This document shows positions 1 to 9,695 of a stretch of 50,444 bases of DNA, in pieces. The translations under genes were made by a program, and so were the position numbers. The DNA is taken from the NCBI RefSeq assembly GCF_000281045.1, contig NW_008246161.1:85511-135954 (forward strand), given 5' to 3'. The notes under the pieces were generated by a model that was given only the letters and a program-made list of their open reading frames with translations, was not told the origin of the DNA and did not search any database. Each line of letters opens with the position of its first letter. Position 1 is the first letter of the stretch. The stretch is from Saprolegnia diclina VS20. Taxonomy: Eukaryota.

Positions 1-24
1 ACATGTATTTGCAAAATTGACGGC

Positions 25-2163
25 ATGGCTGCTTTGACAACCGCCCGCGGCGTCCGCCTCTCGTACTTGCGCCACTTTATCAACGAGCATGGCGGCGAGG
101 CCAGCTTTCTCGGCAAGACGACAGCCCACGTCTGCTTCGAGTACGTCGTGCCAATGACCAAACCATCCGAGCTCTCGCTCGTCGACCACGTCGCCAACGA
201 CCCAATGACCGCTTCGTTCGTTGGCCCGGCCAACTGGTATGTCTCGCATGCCTGGATGTACCTCTTCTTGGAGACCGTCGACAGCCTCGAGCGCTTCTTC
301 GCCGACCGAGATCTCAGTGACGACGCGGTCATTTGGTTTTGCGTCTTCAACAACAACCAGCACCTCGCGAGCTCGTACCCGTTCGAGTACTGGTCGTCAA
401 CGTTCAAGAACGGTCTCGCAGCCATCGGCAACGTGGTCATGATCATGCACCCGTGGAACGACCCGATCGTGCTTCGTCGAAGCTGGTGCGTGTTTGAGGT
501 CTACGTCGCAGTGACACTGGGCGCGCGCTTTGAGATTGCACTGGCGCATGATCAAGAAGCCACGTTTCTCGATGACATTGCAGACTTTGACGCGTTCAAC
601 AAGATGCTGGCGACGATCAAGAGCGAGGACTCGGAGGCGACCGTGGCTTCGGATCGCGACGGTATTTTCGAGCTCATTCGCACCGAGACGTCGTTCATCG
701 CCGTCGACCAGCTCATTTTTACAACGTTGACCAGCTGGATCAAGATGACGCTCGAGGCATCGATCGCAGCCTCTTCGTCGTCTCTCGAGACGGCCAAGCG
801 CTGGAAGCAGCTCGGTACCGTCCACGACTGCTTCAACGAGTACGCTCAAAGCGAGCAGTGTTACCAAACGGCGTTGCGAACCTTGACTTTGCAAGCCGCT
901 GGCATGGTCGATGCGGACACGCTGCTGCTGGAGGCCCTTGTTGCGTCGGCGATGGCGTTCCAGCACCAAGCCTCGTGGAAGCCGCGTTTTCGGTCGACAC
1001 TCGCTGCGGCCATCGCGCATCTGGGCGAGACGCACCCGACGACGCAGGCGACGCGCAGCCAGTATGTGCAATCTCTGGTTTACAACGCTGTCTACGCAGA
1101 GGCATTGCCGTTGGCCCTCGACGACTTCAACGTCCGGCGATCGCAATACGGTTTGTTCGATTGGCGCACGGCCAAGGCCATGACAGAGGTCGGCAAGATC
1201 TACTCGGACCTCGCCGAGCCCCGACGCGCAGCGCGCTGGCTCCGAAAAGCACACACCATCCAAGATGCGCACTTGGGTACTGACCACGCGGACACGACGA
1301 CAACGAAGTTTGCACTTGTCATGATGCTCGTGCAAATTGGCGAGAGCGCGGCGGCCCTCGCGCTCGCGACCTCCATAGCGTCGTCGCGCGAACGCACGCA
1401 CGGCGCGGACCATCCGTACACGCTCGCGTGTCGATTGAACCTCATTGCGTGCTTGCTTGTGACGGGCGATGCCGCAACGGCAATCCCTCTGCTGCTGACG
1501 GTGAAGACAGCGTTTGAAGCGCACCACGCTCAGCACCAGCTCTTGATGGGTACGTCTATACCCATAGGTCGTACGCCATGACGCTGATGTACATTTGTAT
1601 CTTCTGTAGTGCACCTCGACCTCGGTGTCGCGTACGGCATCCAGTCCAATTGGGACGCCGCGCTTGCGTATTACCGCCGCGCGTTTTCCGATGTCCCGTG
1701 CAAAGCCAGCGCGTGGCTACTCTACAGTTTTGCGGTCCACACGCCGCTTGACGATTGGACAATTGTCCGCGACTATGTTCTGTCGGCTACCGACGACGCC
1801 CCCGAGACGTGGCCCTTGAGCTGCATGGTGTGCTTCAAGCCCATCGTTGGCAGCGTCGTGGCCTGCACCGCCTGTCCCCATGGCGTTGTCAAGTGTTGTA
1901 CGAGCTGCTACGACCAGCGGCCGTCCCGACTGCAGCGCTGCTGTCCGCACGACCTCCACAAAGCAAAGCGGACACGGACGGTGCCACCGCGTCGGTTCTT
2001 CTACGAAGAAGCGCTTCGTGTAGACAATGCTTCCATCAACGACATCACCCAGCGCGTGCATTCGTACGAGAGCTACTGCAGCACGCACAACGTATCGGCA
2101 AGCGAGCGCATGGTGGTGGCATCGATGCCGCGTTTGAATCGCAGCTGGCACCCGATGCTCTAA
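25..2163 (+). CDS. TIR/HET-like domain + TPR repeats + C-terminal ZZ-like zinc finger protein (copy 1, apparently intact); exons 25-1549 and 1610-2163
   Basis: A 518-aa ORF joins a 184-aa ORF via a phase-1 intron 1550-1609 (G|GTACGT...TGTAG|TG). N-terminal motifs are YVSHAW, WFCVFNNNQH and RRSWCVFEV. Kinesin-light-chain-type TPR signatures follow (HLGETHPTT, HLGTDHADT, THGADHPYT). The C-terminus has CMVC..CTAC..CTSC..CPH. Confidence 0.85.
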
Positions 2164-2524
2164 GCAAACAACGGCTACCGTCCATTTTTGCAACGGACAG
2201 ACCACAGCCACCAGTAAAACACACAATTGATTTCTCTGAGAGTTGTTGACATCTGCACCAACGGCGACTTCAGACCTCGTGGGCCTTGCGGACGTCCAGC
2301 GACGACTACCATCCTGCTTACGGTGTGGGCTTGCTCGATGCGCTTGCCACCTTCGGAATCTTCGACGAGCAACATGTCGGACTGCCCGTAGTACCAGCCT
2401 CGGGGAGGAGTGGCGGGTTGCATAACGGGAGCCGAAAAATGAGAGTATTTTCGCAGCTCTGCTGCTCCTTGTGTCGCCAAACACCTATTTCGACACGAGG
2501 GAGTGCTCAGGGGCGAAAGGGCGT

Positions 2525-3178
2525 TTAGAGCTGCACTACGTTTTCGAACGCAGGTTGCCGTCGTGCACTTGATCGGAAATTTAGGTTGTCGACCTCTGCA
2601 TACGGCGTCTCGCACGTGTCAAACTCGGTGAGAACGACGCCAAACGAGCAATTGTTGGCGGGTGGACCGTGCCCAAGTTCATTGCCACCAAGGGTGTCAC
2701 GAACGACTTCGGGTGCGATCCAGAGCTTGGTGCCGACGTTGGACGTCATGCAGTCATCGATCGGTCGCGCCGAGCCGAGATCACCCACCCGAATGTAGTG
2801 TGTCGTCGAGAGAGTGACATTGAGGCTCTTGACGTCCTGATGCACCTTGCCAAGGTGGTGCAAATCAGCGAGGGCGCAGGAGTACGAGGGCAACATCGAC
2901 GGTCGAGACGTGCAGCGAATCGCTTCGACTCTAGTGCGCCTTGTCGAGGTGCTTCTTGAGACCCCCGCCGTCCTTGTACTCGATAACCATACTCGGACTG
3001 ACAAATGATCGCCATTGGGTGGTGTCATGAGCGGAGACAACGAGCCATTGTCGAGAATCGCCACCAGTGGCTGCACATACATCGACATACACATACCCAC
3101 ACGATCCTCTGCAGTGTACCCTTGCATCTCTTGCGCTTCGTTGCGCATTTGGTTAGGAGGCATGACGGCGCCGTTCAC
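2525..3178 (-). pseudogene. Degenerate TKL-type kinase fragment of the same family as the ANK-kinases
   Basis: Reads LADLHHLGKVHQDVKSLNV, VGDLGSAR, GTKLWIAPE, SFGVVLTEFDTCETPYA. It has HQD for HRD, no D in subdomain IX, no recognisable N-lobe and a truncated C-lobe. Confidence 0.7.
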
Positions 3179-3787
3179 GAGGACGCCCTTGTCACGATAC
3201 GTCGCCTTGACAGCATTTTTCCTACGAGCTACTAGAACCTACACCTAAGCTTCTCTAAGCTTCTCGTCCCAGGCCAAGAGAAATGGTGTACGCTCCGTGA
3301 AGTGGGTGTACATCATCGTCTTTGGCGCAGAACGTCGTCTTGTTTTTCGGTGAAAAGAGAGACCACGTCGCCTGGCTCTTGTGCGATGCTATCGGGCAAA
3401 TCGTTTCGACGCATTATGACACTGCATTGACTGAAGAGTCCACTTGGCAGCGCTTTTATTGTTTTTAACCAATCAATGGACGTCATGGATGAAAAATTGT
3501 TGATTTGTTGCATTTTGTCCAGTAGCAGTGACAGGAAGTGGAATAAAGTTGTTGGATTGGCTCAAATGCCCGCAGGGATATCGCTCCGACCATCAACAGA
3601 TGGAAGGGTTAGACGCCGAGGTCCCCGTCCAAGCTCGGGTCGTCAGCCCATATACCGTACTTCGAATAGCGATGCAACGACTGCGTCGTTAAGAAGCTCC
3701 AGCCAATTTTTCGACTAGGAAGGCCCGCTCGTCTGAGTGTCGTTGGGATGTCAATCCAGCACAATCCAGCGTGTGAAACTCAATTAG

Positions 3788-3829
3788 CCAATGAAAACGC
3801 GCGCTTGGCGACATTGCTCATTCGCCAAC
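3788..3829 (+). promoter_or_regulatory. CCAAT box and INR-like element upstream of ANK-kinase A
   Basis: CCAAT at 3788-3792 and GCTCATTCGCCA at 3816-3827, just before ATG 3830. Resembles the oomycete INR (YCATTYY). Confidence 0.55.
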
Positions 3830-6800
3830 ATGTTTTGGTCCAAGAAGCAGCGCAACGAGGTAGACGACATTGTACGACGGCGAAGGCTAATCCAGCAGCG
3901 CAGAAAGCCCTATTCAAGGCCGTCGACGAAGGGCGCTTGGCCGACGTGCGCTCGTCTCTCGAGAGCGGCGTCAACGTCCACGCCACGGACAAGGCACGTC
4001 TCTCCCGCCGCCTCAGTGCTCACGTTCGAATGCATGTAGACCGGCTGGACGCCACTGACCAATGCAGCTCTCCATGGGCATTTGGACATTGTCTCCTTCT
4101 TGCTCGACAATGGCGCCACGTGCACGACGCCAAACGATGTATGCAAGTGTCTACTCCATTGTGACACGTACTATGTATGTACTAGCGCGAGACGACACCA
4201 CTGCACGCTGCAGTGAGCGCGGGCCATATGAGCGTCGTCCGTGTCTTGCTCGAGAAAGGCGCTGCTGTCAACGCACTCAATTCGGTGCAGCATCGCGTGC
4301 TGCTACCGACCTCATCCGCGTGTAGAGCGGTGCCACCGCCTTGCACTCCGTTGCTGAGAGCGGCGGGGTGCGGATTCTGCGCCTCTTGCTGGCCCACGGC
4401 GCTGCCGTCGACTCTCGCGACCGCGTATGTGCTCGTTGGCGATGTACACGTTGACGATTTGCATAGGACGACGCGACACCCTTGCTACTTGCCTCGAAAT
4501 ACAATCATGAAGAGGTCGTGTCGATTCTCTTGGCGCACGGCGCCAATGCCGACGTCAACGACAGGGTAGCCGCCGCCTGTCTCCTCTCTTCACAGTGGGT
4601 TGCATAGTTCAACGAAACACCAGCCACGTACGCGCAGAAGAAGGGCCACGTCCGCATCGCTCGCATACTGCGCACGCACAACGACACGCTACTGGTAGGT
4701 GACCTCGCTGCGCAGAGATAGGATCCCAAAGGTTATCACTAGTTTGTCCAAGCGCTGCGTGCCACGCGTGTTGAAGACGCGGCCACGCTCCTTCGGCAAG
4801 GTATGGTCCATGTTGACCACCGGGATCCGGTAGTGCCCATCATAATGCGATACGGAGGTGGCAACGCGTGTCCTAGGACGGGACGCCTTTGCTTCATACT
4901 GTTGTGATGGCGCAGAACCCCCCTCTTCTTGAAACGATGCTTGAGAAACCAAAACTCGAGATCGACGCCATTGATGCGGTACAGCATGCACCCTTGTCTC
5001 GGCGTCGTTCATGCTGTGTTACAAACGTATAGAAGGGTCGCACCGCCCTCGCCGTGGCCACGGGCAACACAAAAATGACGCTCGCGCTGCGTCAGGCAGG
5101 CGCGTCCTTCGACCGCTTGAGCAAGGTACCATCACTAGGACGCCTCGGCTTGAGTAAAGACAGTCTCATAGAGCACCCAAGATGCGCAAACACGCCATTT
5201 GGAAGCCGATCTGCGGCATCACGCATCAATCAACGACGACGATATGGTAACGACGCTCCTGCGTCACGGTGTGAGCCCTGCGTCGACAAACGAGGTAGTA
5301 CTCGGTCTCACCAAAATCTCCACACGAGCGTTTGCGATAGAAAGGTGAGACGGCGCTGCACCTCGCCGCTGCGCACGGCCACACGTTGGTGGTCTTGACA
5401 TTGTTCCACAACGACAAGTCGCTGTCTCGTCGGTGCGACCAGGTCATTTCGTGCATTGTCCTAGCAAATGATGTCCTTACTCGCTGCGATTAGGATGGCA
5501 ACACGGCGTTGCACGTCGCGGCAGCCCACGGGCACAAGACCACTGTCGCGATGATGCTCAAATACATCGCGGACGTTAGCTGCATTTCCGCTGCCAACCA
5601 CGTACGGCGCAGCACACATGTGTTGGCACTTGCAACATTGATGGTTCTAGGCAGGAGAGTCGCCGCGCGCCGTTGCTGCGGCAAGAGGCCATCATGAGGT
5701 TGTCGACGTACTGACGCAAGCCGCCGCGAGCGCCGACCCCGTGATCACGGTACAGGCTCATTACATCCAACCAAAATGATCGAAGATGAACATTAGGGCG
5801 CCTCGCTGCCGGTCGCCGCTGCCACTCTAGCCGGCGAGACGACGGACCTCAACCCCGTCCGTCCGCTCAGCAGCGGCGCAGAGGTGACCAAGAAGGTTGC
5901 TACGATCGTATGCGGTCCCTTGGCACCATACGTGCTCTGTTGCTCTAGATGGAACCAACGCCACTGCAAGTAGCGCCTGCCCCCGGTCAAGTGAGCGCCG
6001 TCAAGAACGTGGCGACGACCAGAACCAGGACCAATCTCGCTGCTAGAACAGCGGTATCTGTGTTCTGAGAGTGCCTTCAGGACTGACACTATATTGGTAG
6101 ACAAACAAGACACCGCGTGCGACAGAGAATCGCGTCATCACCACTTCGCGAAAGGCCGAGTCCCAGGACAAGAAACCCGTAGGATACATACAGTGTTTCA
6201 AGATATGGACGGAATGGATCCATGCGATATAGTGTGCTACCAAGCTCGTCGACGCCGTGTGCACCCACGACTCTTACGCTGTGATGGCTCTCTTAGCCGA
6301 CGACGGCAACCCCAATACTGTGAACGAGGTACGCGCGACCTGTGGCCTCAACAGTTGATGCAGAGCACTGGAGTAGGATGGCGACTCGCTTCTGCATCTC
6401 GCCGTGCACTACAACAGCCACAAGGTGCTCGATGCGCTGTTGCGAGCTCGGCACATCAAGGTGGACGCTCGCAACGCGGTACATAGCGCGAGCCGTCGAC
6501 GGCAACGAGGACACCTTGTTGGTTTCGTAGGCTGGTATGACGCCGATGCTGTTGGCCATCCAAATGGGCCACCGACGGCTGGCGGCGATGCTGCAGACAG
6601 CGACACACAGTGTCATTCCGGACGTTCGTCATCTCTTGCACGTTGGTTTTTGTTGAAATATGTGGTTGTAGGTGTCGGCGACCGAGATCGAGATGGACTT
6701 TTCTAGTCCATTGGGTGTTGGTGGCTATGGCGCCGTGTACAAGGGGACCTACCAAGGCCAGACGGTCGCGGTCAAGACCGCTGCCAACGCGTCTTGCATC

Positions 6801-8121
6801 CAAGCACTCATCTACGAGATGGAGACTATGCAGCTGTATGTCTTTTCTATTTTCTTATTTCCTCATCATTGATGACTGTAGGTGCAACTCCCCGTACGTG
6901 CTCCAACTGCTCGCTGTCTCGGGCGCCCGCTCATCGAGCCCCAAGCTCATTCTCGAGTTCATGGACGGTGGTGATCTGCGCAGCTACCTCGACGCCAAGC
7001 GACTCGGTCAACCCACCAAGGTTACTATCTCGGCCTTGGAGGTGGCATGGGTGCTTGCGAATGCCCTCGCCGATCTGCACCACACCGGTCTCCTTCACCG
7101 GGACCTCAAGAGCCACAATGTCCTCCTCTCCTCGACCAACTACATCAAGCTCGCCGACCTCGGGATCGCTCGCGAGTATGAGTCCAACATGACGACGGGC
7201 AAGGGCACACCGTACTGGACTGCGCCTGAAGTGCTCACGTCGGGCAGCAACTACAGCTTTGCGGCTGATATCTACGCGTTTGGCGTCATTTTGACCGAGC
7301 TGGACACGCTCCAGCTGCCATTTGCGGACGTCAAGGACCTCGGGTACTGGGGGATCATGGACCAAGTGCGTCTCGGTACGCTCCGTCCGACGGTGAGCGC
7401 GACTTGCCCACGTTGGCTGCGTCACCTCGTCGACGCCTGTTTGTCGTTCGACCCGACGCAGCGTCCGTCGGCGCAGATGCTCGTGACATTTCTTCAAAAA
7501 CTGCTCGGTCGCAGCGACGAAGCGATGGCGAGTGAGCCAGAGACCAAGTCTTCCATCGACCTGTCGAGTGGCACAGTAAGCAGCTCTTGGCAACTCCGGC
7601 AGGCCATTTTATCTCTCGATAGACATCGGCGCCCCAACGTCTCGAAGAGAAGGTACCAAGTCGCACCCGCTCGACCCTCGGCAGCGGCTCGGCGGCAACG
7701 ACGTCCTCCAGTGTATCTGGAACGTCGACCGGCACGACGGTGACTTCAACACCACAATTCACTCTTACCCTGGCTGTCATCATGCTTGTAGACGTACTCG
7801 TCATGGTCCAACTCGATGCTGGTGAGTACGCGCGTCGTATGTCAGCTCTGCCGCGCCTCCAACTCGTTGCTCGAGTCGCACTGTGAGGCCTGCGCCGGGT
7901 CGTTAGCTCCCGTGGCTTCCAAGCTCAAGGTCCTTCTCAAGCGTCTTGCGGTCGCCAAGAAGAACGGATTTGAGATCGACACCGGTCTCGTCTGCGTCTG
8001 CTGCGACACCCACCACAACATGACGACCACGATCTGTGACGAGTGCGACGACGAGCTTCCGGACGACCAAGAGAAATTGCGCATCCTCGTACTGCGCATC
8101 GAGCAAGCGTCCAAGGCGTAA
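3830..8121 (+). CDS. Ankyrin-repeat TKL-like kinase A with C-terminal double zinc-ribbon module (multi-exon)
   Basis: Exon 1 MFWSKKQRNE (3830-3859). 99-bp ankyrin exons at 4040-4138, 4186-4284, 4326-4424, 4467-4565 and others. Kinase from about 6672: GVGGYG, VAVK, HRDLKSHN, DLG, APE, DIYAFG, with intron 6836-6881. Terminal CQLC/CEAC/CVCC/CDEC module ends at TAA 8121. Confidence 0.85.
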
Positions 8122-8499
8122 ACCCCGCGCTCCTTTGCTGGATGCCTTGACAATAGTGGAATTTGTCGCTGGAGTCCTATTTCCGCCCAGTACACATTTT
8201 GTTTTCTTTGAATATATACGACAGCAAGACCAACATAAAGCGTTGAATGAGGCTAGGGTCCTCAATCTCGTCCCATGTACCAGTACTGCATTTGATGAGA
8301 AAGAGAAAAGTAGGAACCTCTTACGTCAAAGGAGTTGTGCATCGGTGCTTCATTCGAGTTGTTTCAACACTGTGGGAATGAGGCGTGCGACGATGATGCA
8401 AGCCGTAGCACCTTTTCCCAAAGGCGAGGGCACCTAATCATCAACCAAATGCGTATTTGTGCGCCACGTAGGGCCAAAATAACGAGTCAAAACTCCGTC

Positions 8500-9512
8500 T
8501 TTCGTCTTTGGCGCGTGTTGCGAGCGTCGTGGGGTGCGTCTCGCCGAGGTGCGTCAATGACGCGCCCAGTGTCGATTGAAAGAGGGTTTCCCAACTACGC
8601 CGAGGCTTGTTGGCTTGGACCATCGCAAATGCGACCAGCGACAGCAACAAGAGAGTGTCAGCGTCCATCGGTCCGTGCGTCTTGAGGCGCAAACGCAGTG
8701 CGTCTTGGAAGCAGCGCTCGCGCTCCTTGTGTTGATGCAACGCGTCGAAGAGAAGACCGAGCTGCACCGCAAGACTGTGGCATCCGACGAAAAGGCGGCT
8801 GCGATCGATACCTCGAGCGTTGGCTCGATCCAGCGCGTCAACGTTAACAAAATGAGCCGGTCCACTGCCACAATGGATGTCTTGGCGCGAATCAAAGCAA
8901 AATACCATCGCGATCCGAAGCCACGGTCGCCTCCGAGTCCTCGCTCTTGATCGTCGCCAGCATCTTATTGAACGCGTCAAAGTCTGCAATGTCGTTGAGA
9001 AACGTGGCTTCTTGATCTCGCGCCAGTGCAATCTCAAAGCGCGCGCCCAGTGTCACCGCGACGTAGAACGCAAAGACGCACCAGCTTCGACGAAGCACGA
9101 TCGGGTCGTTCCACGGGTGCATGATCATGACCACGTTGCCGATGGCTGCGAGACCGTTCTTGAACGTTGACGACCAGTACTCGAACGGGTACGAGCTCGC
9201 GAGGTGCTGGTTGTTGTTGAAGACGCAAAACCAAAGGACGGCGTCGTCGGCAAGACCGGTCGGCGAAGAAGCGCTCGAGGCTGTCGACGGTCTCCAAGAA
9301 GAGGTACTGCCAAGCGTGGCTGACATACCAGTTGGCCGGCGCGACGTAGGCGGCGGTCGTTGGGTCGTTGGCAACCTGGTCGAGCGGTTGGTTTGGTCAA
9401 TGGCACGACAAACTCAAAGCAAACTTGGGCTGTCGTCTTGCCGGCAAACGCAGCTTCTCCGCCATGCTCGTTGATAACGTGGCGCAAGTACGAGAGGCGC
9501 AGGCCGAGGCCA
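8500..9512 (-). pseudogene. TIR/HET-like-TPR pseudogene (copy 2): frameshifted, 3'-truncated, predicted catalytic Glu replaced by Ala
   Basis: Homology to copies 1 and 3 is split over several frames (LRLSYLRHVINEHGG; DDAVLWFCVFNNNQH...SWCVFAFYV; ERCFQDALRL...HLGETHPTT). Indels lie near 9390, 9255 and 8900. There is no ATG at the homologous start and no ZZ finger. Confidence 0.85.
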
Positions 9513-9641
9513 AACAAGTAAGTAGCTTCGTGAGACTGGAATCGTTCAAGCGTTTCGTTTGGACTGGAGTTGGAGACGGTGAAATCCCGCATACCCATTG
9601 GTCTAAATGTAGCCAACACGGCGTTGGGTCCGAAGTATACA

Positions 9642-9691
9642 GTGCGTGGATTGGAAGAAAAGCAGCCAATGAAAATGCCTATCATTTGGCA
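9642..9691 (+). promoter_or_regulatory. Paired ATTGG/CCAAT boxes plus INR-like element of ANK-kinase B (block shared with gene C)
   Basis: 9642-9675 GTGCGTGGATTGGAAGAAAAGCAGCCAATGAAAA matches 15566-15599 at 32 of 34 positions. TCATTTGGCA at 9682-9691 precedes ATG 9696. Confidence 0.65.
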
Positions 9692-9695
9692 AGAT

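Noticed and set aside
397..1614. Long antisense or alternate-frame ORFs (e.g. 397-1614, 6931-7593, 37150-38415, 43586-44659)
   Set aside because: They are shadows of real genes in GC-rich codon-biased DNA, with no motifs.
25..2163. Calling the TIR-like-TPR genes canonical NLRs or kinesin light chains
   Set aside because: There is no P-loop/NACHT/NB-ARC between the effector and the TPRs, and no KLC heptad region.
2230..3513. SH3-like words (GWYYG at about 2400; PGDVV..EKQDD at about 3360) flanking the kinase pseudogene
   Set aside because: They are short, about 1 kb apart and cannot be assembled into a domain.
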